Assembly (NCBI GenBank): GCA_036660615.1
Contig: JAVXAG010000001.1
Coordinates: 1-52,089, forward strand
Source of the DNA: Anaerovoracaceae bacterium
GTDB lineage: Bacteria; Bacillota; Clostridia; Peptostreptococcales; Anaerovoracaceae
Direction: 5' to 3'
DNA: 52,089 nt
The translations under genes and the position numbers were made by a program. Under the pieces are notes generated by a model. The model saw only the letters and a program-made list of their open reading frames with translations. It was not told where the DNA came from and ran no database searches. Of this stretch, positions 28,675 through 39,000 are shown in pieces (positions within the stretch are counted from its first letter, which is position 1; each line of letters begins with the position of its first letter).

Positions 28675-29685
28675 ATGTTAAAAAGAGAAGATTTGGAAAA
28701 AAGAGAAATTGAATACTTGTCACCTTTGGCATGTAAGTCCATGTTTTCAAAAGGCAGAGATACCCAAGAAGAAAAATGTGAATTTAGAACGGAATTTCAA
28801 AGAGACAGAGATAGAATAATTCATTCTAAAGCGTTTAGAAGACTGATGCACAAAACTCAGGTGTTTCTTGCGCCTGAAGGGGATCATTTTAGAACTAGAC
28901 TGACACATACCATAGAAGTTTCCCAAATAGCCAGAACCATAGCTAGAAGTTTAAATCTCAACGAAGATTTGGCTGAGGCCATCGCCCTTGGTCATGATCT
29001 TGGTCATACACCATTTGGCCATAATGGGGAAATGATTTTAGACAGCATACATCCAGGTGGATTTCATCATAACCAACAAAGTTTGCGAGTCGTAGAAATA
29101 CTTGAGTCAACGGCTAATCGATGTGGAATGAACCTAACGTTTGAAGTCAAAGATGGAATTGTAAACCATACAGGAAAAGATATGCCAATAACTTTAGAAG
29201 GCCAGATTGTAAGAATTAGCGATAGAGTAGCATACATAAACCACGATATTGATGATGCAATACGAAGTGGTGTGCTATCTATAAATGATTTGCCTGAAGA
29301 ACCAATTAAACTATTTGGTAAAAGTCATAAAGAGCGTATTAACAATATGGTAACAAATGTAGTGGAAAATAGCGATAATAAAGAAATTATTTCAATGGAT
29401 TCAGAATACAAAAAGCAGTTAGATGTGCTTAGAACATTTATGTTTGCCAATGTTTACAAAAGTTCAAGAGTAAAAAAAGAAGAAGATCTGACAAAAGTTG
29501 AAGTAGTGATTAGTTCGTTATATAAATATTTCCTTACTCATCCAGAAAAGTTGCCAAAGGACGATTTGGGACTTCTGGAGAAAGATGGAATAAACGTTGT
29601 AGTAAAAGATTACATTGCGGGAATGACTGATAGGTACGCATTAAATCTTTATTCGGATTTGTTTGTGCCAAAGGGATGGAAATAA
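28675..29685 (+). CDS. dgt: dGTP triphosphohydrolase-like HD-domain protein
   Basis: Motifs FQRDRDRIIHSKAFRRL, RLTHTIEVSQIAR and HDLGHTPFGH. It occupies the conserved position upstream of dnaG. Confidence 0.88.
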   Translation: MLKREDLEKREIEYLSPLACKSMFSKGRDTQEEKCEFRTEFQRDRDRIIHSKAFRRLMHKTQVFLAPEGDHFRTRLTHTIEVSQIARTIARSLNLNEDLAEAIALGHDLGHTPFGHNGEMILDSIHPGGFHHNQQSLRVVEILESTANRCGMNLTFEVKDGIVNHTGKDMPITLEGQIVRISDRVAYINHDIDDAIRSGVLSINDLPEEPIKLFGKSHKERINNMVTNVVENSDNKEIISMDSEYKKQLDVLRTFMFANVYKSSRVKKEEDLTKVEVVISSLYKYFLTHPEKLPKDDLGLLEKDGINVVVKDYIAGMTDRYALNLYSDLFVPKGWK

Positions 29686-29766
29686 ATAAATATTAGTAAA
29701 AATAAATAAAGGAAATAACTCATTCATGTAGAATAAGAATATATAGGTGTTTTTTGGAGGGCAGGA

Positions 29767-31506
29767 ATGAGTTTTTCGTATTCAAATTCAGCAATAGAAG
29801 ATTTAAAAAATCAAATAAACATTGTCGATGTAATCGGCAGAGTTGTTCCCCTAAAAAAAACGGGGAGTAATCACAAAGGTGTTTGTCCATTTCACAATGA
29901 AAAGACACCCTCTTTTGTAGTGTCTGAACAAAAACAATTTTTTACTTGTTTTGGATGCGGTGCCAAAGGCGATGCTATTGAATTCGTCAAAAGATATTAT
30001 AATTTAGAATTTAGTGAGGCAGTCGAAAAAATCGCCACTGAAAATGGAATTACCTTAGAAAAAAATGCTTATGACAACAACAGAGAAATATATTATGACA
30101 TAAACAAACAAGCCGCTTCTTTTTTTTATAAAGCATTTTCTGAGAAAGCCAATAAAGGTTACTCATACATGAAAAATCGTGGGTTTGACGATAATATATT
30201 AAAAAAATACGGTGTTGGTTACGCCGATGAAGAGTGGGACAGCTTATATAAATACTTCATGTCAAAAGAGGTTAATGTTGATCATTTAGTGGAACTGGGT
30301 TTAGTTTCTCTAAGTAAGGGTAAATATTATGACAAGTTTAGAAATAGAGTCATCTTTCCAATTATTAGTACCAATGGAAAAGTTATTGGCTTTGGCGGAA
30401 GGGCAATAGGAGACGATAACCCAAAATACTTAAATTCTGCTGAGAGCAAAATATTCCAAAAGAAAAATAATTTGTATGGCTTTAATATTTCACGTCAAGA
30501 AGTGGGAAAAGAAGGACAAGCAATCTTAGTAGAAGGATATATGGACACAGTTTCATTGTATCAATTCGGTGTGAGAAACGTTGTAGCTTCTCTTGGGACG
30601 GCACTTACCGAGAACCAAGCAAAGCTTTTGAAAAGGTACACAAATCAGGTTATCTTGTCTTATGACTCTGACAATGCAGGTCAAGCAGCAACCCTTAGAG
30701 GACTTGATATCCTCAGCAGAGAAGGTTGTAAGGTAAAGGTTCTTCAAGTTGATGATGGAAAAGATCCTGATGAATTTATAAGAAAAAACGGAAAAAATGC
30801 TTTCATCAAGCTAATTGATAATGCATTACCTTTGATTGATTATAAGCTGGAAAATATAAAAGAAGGAATTGATTTTTCTCAGAATGAGGGCAAAATCGAT
30901 TATTTGAAAAAGGCAACCGAAATATTAAAGACTATTAGTCCAATAGAAAATGATATTTACATACAAAAATTATCAAAAGAACTAAAAATATCTGAAGGGG
31001 CTATAAGAATGGAAATTTTGGGTAAAGATAGTAAAGTAAGTCAGGATCACGAGAATACAAGGTGGCAGACTGAAGTTACAAGTGACATTGAAACAGTAAC
31101 GATTTTAGAAAAAAATATTTTGAAAATTGTATTTACAAATGATAAATATATAGAAAAAGTGTCCTTAGATAGAGAAATTCTACAAAGTGATTTTTCTAAT
31201 AAAATATTTGAATTAGTGGTAGAGGAATACAACAAAAATAATTTTATTGATACAAAAAAAATTATGGATGCTGTAGATCCGAAGGAAAGTAAATTGTTAC
31301 AACAGATTTTAGATGAGGTAATAATTGGTGGCAAAGAAGAACAAGTATATAATGACTGCCTCCAAACATTTAGACAGAATAATTTAGCCAAAGAAGAACA
31401 GGAATTAATAACGTTATTGTCCTTGGCTGATGAAGAAAATAATACGGATAAAATAAGAGAACTTACACAAAAATTAATCGAAGTACAAAAAAAGAAGCAA
31501 CAATAG
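29767..31506 (+). CDS. dnaG: DNA primase
   Basis: Zinc ribbon [11 protein letters not shown]...CFGCG and TOPRIM motifs EGYMD and YDSDNAGQ. Confidence 0.95.
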   Translation: MSFSYSNSAIEDLKNQINIVDVIGRVVPLKKTGSNHKGVCPFHNEKTPSFVVSEQKQFFTCFGCGAKGDAIEFVKRYYNLEFSEAVEKIATENGITLEKNAYDNNREIYYDINKQAASFFYKAFSEKANKGYSYMKNRGFDDNILKKYGVGYADEEWDSLYKYFMSKEVNVDHLVELGLVSLSKGKYYDKFRNRVIFPIISTNGKVIGFGGRAIGDDNPKYLNSAESKIFQKKNNLYGFNISRQEVGKEGQAILVEGYMDTVSLYQFGVRNVVASLGTALTENQAKLLKRYTNQVILSYDSDNAGQAATLRGLDILSREGCKVKVLQVDDGKDPDEFIRKNGKNAFIKLIDNALPLIDYKLENIKEGIDFSQNEGKIDYLKKATEILKTISPIENDIYIQKLSKELKISEGAIRMEILGKDSKVSQDHENTRWQTEVTSDIETVTILEKNILKIVFTNDKYIEKVSLDREILQSDFSNKIFELVVEEYNKNNFIDTKKIMDAVDPKESKLLQQILDEVIIGGKEEQVYNDCLQTFRQNNLAKEEQELITLLSLADEENNTDKIRELTQKLIEVQKKKQQ

Positions 31507-31526
31507 TAGTAGTAGGGGGAAATTTA

Positions 31527-32723
31527 ATGAGTACAGAAGAAAAGAATTTTAATGACAATGTGGATTGTGCAATTAACAGTATGAATCCAAGTGACAGGAA
31601 AGACGAGTTTGTAAATAGGCTAGTTTCTAAAGCTAAGCTCAAGAAAAACGTTTTGACTTATGGTGATGTAGCAGACTTTTTGGAACCATATGATGTTGAT
31701 AAAAATATTGTCGACGAAATTTATGAGTTACTAATGTCAAAAGGTATAGAAATCATAAGTGAAACAGAGCCTGAAGAATTTGCTTTAATTTTGGATCGCG
31801 AAGAGGATGATGACGAAGAAGAAGATGAAAGTTCTGGAATTGTAGTCGATGAAGCTGGCGAAATTGATGTTGATGCAACATTACCAAAGGGTATTGCTGT
31901 TGACGATCCTGTTAGAATGTACCTTAAAGAAATAGGAAAGGTCTCACTGCTAAGTGCCGAAGAAGAAATTGATTTGGCTCAGAGAATGGAAAAAGGCGAA
32001 GTTGCCGCAAAGCAAAAACTTTGTGAGGCAAATCTTAGATTGGTTGTAAGTATTGCAAAGAGATATGTGGGCAGAGGAATGCTTTTCCTTGACCTTATCC
32101 AAGAAGGAAATCTTGGACTTATCAAGGCAGTTGACAAGTTTGACTACAGAAAAGGATACAAATTCTCAACATATGCAACATGGTGGATTAGACAAGCGAT
32201 TACAAGATCAATCGCCGACCAAGCTAGAACAATTAGAATTCCAGTTCATATGGTAGAGACAATAAATAAATTGATTAGAGTTTCAAGACAATTATTACAA
32301 ACTTATGGTAGAGAACCAACCCCAGAAGAAATTGCAAAGGAAATGGGAATCACCGTAGAGAAAGTAAGGGAAATACAAAAAATTGCCCAAGAACCAGTTT
32401 CATTGGAAACTCCAATAGGAGAAGAAGAAGACAGTCACTTAGGCGATTTTATTCCTGACGACGATGTGCCAGCACCAGCAGAAGCAGCGGCTTTTTCTAT
32501 GCTAAAGGAACAATTAGTCGAAGTTCTTGACACTTTAACAGATAGAGAACAGAAAGTCCTTAAACTTAGATTTGGACTTGAAGATGGCAGAGCTAGAACA
32601 TTAGAAGAAGTCGGAAAAGAATTTGATGTTACTAGAGAGAGAATTAGACAAATCGAAGCCAAGGCACTTAGAAAACTAAGGCACCCTAGCAGAAGTAAGA
32701 AATTAAAGGATTATTTAGAATAA
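31527..32723 (+). CDS. sigA: Primary RNA polymerase sigma factor (sigma-70/SigA)
   Basis: Acidic region 1, region 2 [38 protein letters not shown], and region 4 [28 protein letters not shown]. Confidence 0.97.
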   Translation: MSTEEKNFNDNVDCAINSMNPSDRKDEFVNRLVSKAKLKKNVLTYGDVADFLEPYDVDKNIVDEIYELLMSKGIEIISETEPEEFALILDREEDDDEEEDESSGIVVDEAGEIDVDATLPKGIAVDDPVRMYLKEIGKVSLLSAEEEIDLAQRMEKGEVAAKQKLCEANLRLVVSIAKRYVGRGMLFLDLIQEGNLGLIKAVDKFDYRKGYKFSTYATWWIRQAITRSIADQARTIRIPVHMVETINKLIRVSRQLLQTYGREPTPEEIAKEMGITVEKVREIQKIAQEPVSLETPIGEEEDSHLGDFIPDDDVPAPAEAAAFSMLKEQLVEVLDTLTDREQKVLKLRFGLEDGRARTLEEVGKEFDVTRERIRQIEAKALRKLRHPSRSKKLKDYLE

Positions 32724-32724
32724 A

Positions 32725-33435
32725 ATGAGACTATCAGACAGATTACAAGAAATTTCAAATAACATTGACCCACAAGAAACCATGGCTGACATCGGTACGG
32801 ATCATGGTTTTTTACCATTATATTTATGGGAAACAAAAAAATGCAGTAAGGTAATTATGTCAGATATAAGCAAAGGTTCATTAGAAAAAGCAAGAAGTAA
32901 TTGTAAAATGTACTATCCAGACGAGAAATTTGATTTGCGTCTTGGAAGTGGAATAGAAGTACTTCAAAATGCAGAAGTGAACGCAGTAGTTATTGCAGGT
33001 ATGGGTGGCATACTTATGACAGAAATTTTGGGCTTGAATATCCAAAAAGCACATTCTTTTGACAAGCTTATTCTGCAACCGAGAAACAGCATCGGGAAAC
33101 TAAGGTTTTGGCTATCACATAACGGTTTTCAGATAAAAAGAGAGAGTCTTGTAAGAGAAGGCAAGTACATTTGGGAAATTCTCAATGTAGTAAATGGAAA
33201 CACCGATGAAAGTTTTGACGACGATGATGAAAACTCCATAGTTTGGGAATTACCAATGTCATTAGTAGAAAACCCAAATAAACTTACTGCTGAATTTCTT
33301 GAAAAGAAACTGAGTATAGAGAATTTTGTTAGAGAAAAGGTTCTTGAGGGCAAAATTATAGATTACGATAAACTAAATCAAACAGATAAAAGAATAGAGT
33401 ACATTGATATTTTACTAAAGAAATTGGAGAGATAA
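32725..33435 (+). CDS. trmK: tRNA (adenine22-N1)-methyltransferase, TrmK/YqfN family
   Basis: Motifs DIGTDHGFLPLYL and VIAGMGG, in the conserved position after sigA. Confidence 0.85.
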   Translation: MRLSDRLQEISNNIDPQETMADIGTDHGFLPLYLWETKKCSKVIMSDISKGSLEKARSNCKMYYPDEKFDLRLGSGIEVLQNAEVNAVVIAGMGGILMTEILGLNIQKAHSFDKLILQPRNSIGKLRFWLSHNGFQIKRESLVREGKYIWEILNVVNGNTDESFDDDDENSIVWELPMSLVENPNKLTAEFLEKKLSIENFVREKVLEGKIIDYDKLNQTDKRIEYIDILLKKLER

Positions 33436-33437
33436 TT

Positions 33438-34229
33438 ATGAAAACGGAAGAATTATTAAAAAAACTTGAAATAATTGCGCCACATAATCTTCAAGAAGAG
33501 TGGGATAACAGCGGTTTTCAAGTAGATATGGGAAATGAAAATATTTTTAGGGTTTTAGTTGCTCTGGAAGTAACAAATGAAGTAATTGATCAGGCTATAA
33601 CAGAAGACGTTGATCTTATTTTGACACATCACCCGTTATATTTTACGCCGATTAAGATGTTTGACAATAATACTGTTATTGGTAACCAAACGGTAAAGCT
33701 GATAAATAACAATATATCAGTATTTTCGTGCCACACCAATTTTGACAAAGTTGATGGGGGAAACAACGATTACCTAGCTGAGCTACTGGAGTTATCGGAC
33801 ATTGGGCTTTTGGAAGAATCAAAAGACGAGTTTTGTAGGGTTGGTAAATTGAAAACTGCAATTTCTTTATGGCAGTTTATTGGCAGATGCGAATTAGCAT
33901 TAGATGTTGATAAAAAGTTTTTTAATGCAGTTGGAGATTTAAACAAGATGATTACAACAGTAGGACTTTGTACTGGATCAGGTGGCGAGTTCATAGAGGC
34001 GGCATCAAATGAAAATTGTGATTTATTTGTAACAGGAGACCTAAAGTATCATCAAGCCCAAATGGCTAAGGACCTTGGTATCGCAGTATTAGATGCAGGA
34101 CATTATGGTACTGAAAAGATATTTATTGATAATATTACAAATCGTTTAGAAGATCTATGTGACTGTGAAACTGAACATTTGGAATTAATAAAATCAAAAA
34201 TTGATATAAACCCATTCGTTGCAATTTGA
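33438..34229 (+). CDS. Nif3-family dinuclear metal centre protein (YqfO-like, short form)
   Basis: Motifs WDNSG, LILTHHPLYF and GHYGTE, in the conserved position after trmK. Confidence 0.88.
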   Translation: MKTEELLKKLEIIAPHNLQEEWDNSGFQVDMGNENIFRVLVALEVTNEVIDQAITEDVDLILTHHPLYFTPIKMFDNNTVIGNQTVKLINNNISVFSCHTNFDKVDGGNNDYLAELLELSDIGLLEESKDEFCRVGKLKTAISLWQFIGRCELALDVDKKFFNAVGDLNKMITTVGLCTGSGGEFIEAASNENCDLFVTGDLKYHQAQMAKDLGIAVLDAGHYGTEKIFIDNITNRLEDLCDCETEHLELIKSKIDINPFVAI

Positions 34230-34301
34230 GTATTTAGAGGAAGAAATGATAAAATCCAGTATTTCAATAGCATTTGACACGAATTTATGATAGAATAGTA
34301 G

Positions 34302-34653
34302 TGTTTTGGGTAAGGCAGACAGTCGCGTGCTTTATGCATGAGGAAAGTCCGGGCTCCATAGGGTAAGGATGCCAGATAACGTCTGGCGTAGGTAACTATA
34401 GGGAAAGTGCAACAGAAACATACCGCCGAAACGGGTAATGCCGTGGTAAGGGCGAAATGGTGAGGTAAGAGCTCACCGGCGTCATGGAGACATGGCGGCC
34501 GTGTAAACCCCATCCGGAGCAAGACCAAATAGGGCAACAAAGGTGGCTACCCGTCACCGCCCGGTAGGTAGGTCGCATGAGCGTGCAGCAATGTTACGCC
34601 TTAGATAGATGATTGTCTAATACAGAACCCGGCTTATAGACTTGCCCAAAACA
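34302..34653 (+). ncRNA. rnpB: RNase P RNA, bacterial type A
   Basis: Universally conserved GAGGAAAGUCCGGGCUC, AGUGCAACAGAAA, GGUAAGAGC..CACC, CCGGAGCAAG and ACAGAACCCGGCUUA elements. P1 forms between UGUUUUGGGUAAG and CUUGCCCAAAACA. An extended -10 (TGATAGAAT, 34288..34296) lies just upstream. Confidence 0.95.
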
Positions 34654-34680
34654 TATATTATAGACAGAATAGGAGACTAG

Positions 34681-36045
34681 ATGGAGAAAGACAAAACAAA
34701 ATATGAAGAAAGTAAAATGGGGACTATGCCTATAAATAGGTTGTTATCCCAAATGGCATGGCCGGCAATTTTATCAATGACGATAAATGCTTTATATAAC
34801 ATTGTGGACAGTATATTCGTTGCAATGATTAGCGAGGATGCATTGACAGCAGTTTCACTTATTTTACCAATACACTTATTGATGATATCAGTAGGAGTTG
34901 GAAGTGGAGTTGGAGTCAATTCTTTAATTTCAAGAAAATTAGGTGCGAGAAATTTCGAAGATGCAAATAAAGCGGCAAGTACTAGTATACGGATTGCTTT
35001 ATTAAACTTCGTTGGATTTGCTGTATTAGGTATATTTTTTGCTACACCGTTTATAAATTCATATCAGACCAATGACTTTATTAGCGAAAATGCAATCGCT
35101 TATTTTAAAATAACTACGATTTTTTCTTGCTTTTTAATGATACAGATTATATTGGAAAAAGTACTTCAAGCGACAGGAAATATGATAGCACCAATGTTAT
35201 TTAGTTTAACTGGTGCAATCGTTAACATAATATTAGATCCAATATTGATTTTTGGACTGTTTGGAGCACCAAAACTTGGCGTTCCTGGAGCAGCAATTGC
35301 TACTGTAATTGGACAATTTTGTGCAATGTGCCTAGCAATATTCATTGTTTTTACTAGAGAACACGAGGTAATTATAAAAGTTAGAGGATTTAAATTAGAT
35401 TGGAAGGTAGTTAAAGATATATACGTTGTAGGATTACCATCAATAATTATGCAATCAATAGGTTCTGTTATGTTAATCGGATATAATGCAATTCTTGCAA
35501 CAGTGTCATCAACGGCAGTTGCAGTATTAGGTGCATATTTTAAATTCCAATCCTTTGTATTTATGCCCGTTTTTGGTTTAAATCAAGGAGCTATGCCAAT
35601 TATGGGATACAATTATGGCGCTAGAGATAAGAAACGTCTAATGGAAACATATAAAAAAGCCTTGGTCGCAGCTATGGTTGTAATGACTCTTGGTATGGTT
35701 ATTTTCCAAGTGTTCCCAAGACAATTACTAATGCTTTTTAGTGCATCAGATGATATGATAGCAATGGGCGTACCGGCCCTTAGAATAATAAGCATATGCT
35801 TTATACCAGCGGCTTTTGGCATAATTACTTCGACCTTTTTCCAAGGAACAGGTCATGGAGTATACAGCCTTATGGCATCAGTATTAAGACAACTTGTAGG
35901 CATTTTGCCTATAGCATATTTCCTTGTAAAGACTGCAGGAATAACGGCTTCTTGGCTGTCATTCCCAATTGCGGAGTTAATCGGACTTACTTACTCAGCA
36001 GTTGCTGCCAGACATTTATACAAAAAGGAAATAAAAGATTTATAA
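34681..36045 (+). CDS. MATE-family efflux transporter
   Basis: 454 aa with 12 TM helices and the N-terminal PINRLLSQMAWPAILSMTINALYNIVDSIFV typical of MATE/NorM-like pumps. Confidence 0.88.
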   Translation: MEKDKTKYEESKMGTMPINRLLSQMAWPAILSMTINALYNIVDSIFVAMISEDALTAVSLILPIHLLMISVGVGSGVGVNSLISRKLGARNFEDANKAASTSIRIALLNFVGFAVLGIFFATPFINSYQTNDFISENAIAYFKITTIFSCFLMIQIILEKVLQATGNMIAPMLFSLTGAIVNIILDPILIFGLFGAPKLGVPGAAIATVIGQFCAMCLAIFIVFTREHEVIIKVRGFKLDWKVVKDIYVVGLPSIIMQSIGSVMLIGYNAILATVSSTAVAVLGAYFKFQSFVFMPVFGLNQGAMPIMGYNYGARDKKRLMETYKKALVAAMVVMTLGMVIFQVFPRQLLMLFSASDDMIAMGVPALRIISICFIPAAFGIITSTFFQGTGHGVYSLMASVLRQLVGILPIAYFLVKTAGITASWLSFPIAELIGLTYSAVAARHLYKKEIKDL

Positions 36046-36095
36046 TAAAAAAGATTTGTTTCGATTTAATTTGATACATATTAAGGGGAGAAAAA

Positions 36096-39000
36096 ATGAA
36101 ATTAGGTATTGACGTTGGATCAACCACAGTCAAATTGGTACTGCTGGATGACAATAATGAAATAGTTTATTCTAAATATGAACGACATATGTCCAATGTA
36201 TTTGAAAAAGTTAAAGAGTTGTTGGAAGAACTACACACCAAAATGGGAAACATTGATATTCAGCCTACAATCACCGGATCAGGAGGGCTTACACTTTCAC
36301 AGCTTATGGGGATACATTTTGAGCAAGAAGTAATTTCTTGTAGTACAGCTGTTGAAAAACTTATTCCAGATACAGACGTTGCTATTGAACTTGGTGGAGA
36401 AGATGCAAAGATGACTTTCTACGGTTCAACTATTGAGCAGAGAATGAACGGAACATGCGCAGGAGGAACAGGTGCATTTATTGACCAGATGGCCATACTT
36501 TTAAATACAGATGCTATGGGTTTAAATCAAGCAGCCAAGGATTATAAGATGATATATCCAATTGCGGCGCGATGTGGAGTTTTTGCAAAGACTGATATTC
36601 AGCCTTTGATCAATGAGGGTGCTTCTATCGAAGATTTATCCGTATCCATTTTCCAAGCTGTGGTCAATCAAACTATAAGTGGCCTTGCGTGTGGAAGGAC
36701 TATAAAAGGAAAAGTGGCCTTTCTAGGTGGACCACTTTATTTCTTATCCGAGCTTAGAAAAAGATTTATTGACACTCTTAACTTAACGGGTGACGACATC
36801 GTTTTCCCTGAGAACCCACAGTTCTTTGTGGCTATCGGTGCTGCATATTTATCAGAAACAGCAAAACCTGTGAAATTTGACAAGATTATAAACAAAATTA
36901 ACAGTATAGAACAGACAGAAATGTCAGAGACAAAGCATATTGAGCCACTTTTCAATGATCTGGACGACTATTATGATTTTATAAAGAGACATAATACTGA
37001 TAAGATTAAAAGAAAAGATATTAGAAAAGCCAGAGGTAAAGTATTTCTTGGTATTGATGCAGGCTCAACAACTACAAAAGCTGCTTTGATTGATGAAGAA
37101 AAAAATCTGTTATATTCTTTTTATAGAGGTAATGAAGGTAAGCCAATTGAGGCTACCAAAACTATGTTAAAAGAACTTTATGGATTAATGCCTAAGGGTG
37201 CTTACATTGCTAATACAACGGTTACCGGTTATGGAGAAGGTCTAATAAAGGCAGCATTTAAAGCTGATCTTGGTGAAATAGAAACTATGGCACATTACAA
37301 AGCCGCAGAAGAATTTTTACCAGGAGTAGAATTCATTCTTGATATCGGTGGTCAGGATATGAAATGCATGAAGATCAAAGACGGTGCTATTTATAATATT
37401 ATGTTAAATGAGGCATGCTCGTCTGGATGCGGTTCTTTCCTTGAAACCTTTGCAAAATCAGTTAATTTGGACACCAAATCCTTTGCACAAGAAGCAATTT
37501 TTGCAAAAAATCCAGTTGACCTAGGAACAAGGTGTACTGTATTTATGAACTCAAAAGTAAAACAAGCCCAAAAAGAAGGTGCTACCATCGGTGACATTTC
37601 AGCAGGGCTATCTTACTCTGTAATAAAAAATGCTTTATACAAAGTTATTAAACTGAGAAATACTGAAGAAGCTGGTACAAAAATCGTAGTGCAGGGTGGT
37701 ACTTTTATGAACAACGCAGTTCTTAGAAGTATTGAAAAAATCATTGGTAGAGATGTGGTTCGTCCCGATATTGCAGGAATTATGGGTGCTTACGGAGCTG
37801 CAATCATTGCAAAAGAAGACTATTTAGAGGATACTGAATCATCTATATTGACACTTAACCAGCTAAATGACTTTACTGTTGAAAATTCAAACAGCAGATG
37901 TCATGGATGTGAAAACCAATGCATATTAACCATCAATAAATTCCACGATGGTTCAAAATTTATCACAGGTAATAGATGTGAAAAGGGCGCAGGAAAAGAG
38001 AAAACTAACACAAATGTGCCTAATTTATATGAATATAAATTCAAGAGACTATTTGGATATAAACCTATATCCGACTTTGAGGCAACCAGAGGAACTGTTG
38101 CAATTCCAAGAGTTTTGAATATGTACGAGAATTATCCGTTCTGGTTTACATTCTTCTCAAAGTTGAAATTCCAAGTAATTTTGTCACCACCTTCAAGTAA
38201 AGCAATTTACGCAAAGGGTATTGAAACCATTTCATCTGATACGGCTTGCTATCCAGCAAAACTAGTCCATGGCCACATAAAATGGCTCATTGATGCAGGG
38301 GAACAATGGATTTTCTATCCTTGTATTAACTATGAAATTAATGAGGACACTAATGCGCCGAATCATTTTAATTGCCCAATTGTTGCTACATATCCAGAGG
38401 TAATAGCAAATAACCTAGACGATTTATTTAAGGATAATTTGGTTAGATTCTCTCATCCATTTTTGCCATATGACAATGACGGCAGGTTGGTCGACGAGTT
38501 GACAAGACAGCTTAGAGTATTTCATATATCAAGAGATGAAGTTTTGCGTGCTGTTCATGAAGGACGAAAAGAAAATAAAAGATTTAAAAATGATATAAAG
38601 AAGCAGGGACAATATGCACTAAAATTTGCTCGTGCAAATAATAAAAAGTGTGTCGTTCTAGCAGGTAGACCGTATCACCTTGATCCAGAAATCAACCATG
38701 GAATAGATAAGCTAATTAATTCTTTTGATATGGTGGTATTAACTGAGGATTCCATTGCACATATGGTAGATATGAAAAGGCCACTACGTGTTCTGGACCA
38801 GTGGATGTACCATTCTAGGCTATATAAAGCAGCGACCTTTGTTGGTACTTGCAATGACGTTGAATTAATTCAGCTGAATTCTTTTGGATGTGGACTTGAT
38901 GCCGTTACAACTGATGAAGTGGAAGAAATATGCAGAAATAACAATAAGTTATACACTGTACTAAAAATCGATGAAGGCTCCAATCTTGGTGCTGCAAAGA

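Noticed and set aside
34103-34578. Minus-strand ORFs of 145 aa and 60 aa
   Set aside because: They overlap the RNase P RNA gene and the nif3 3' end. The open frames are a by-product of the locally high GC content, and no RBS is present.
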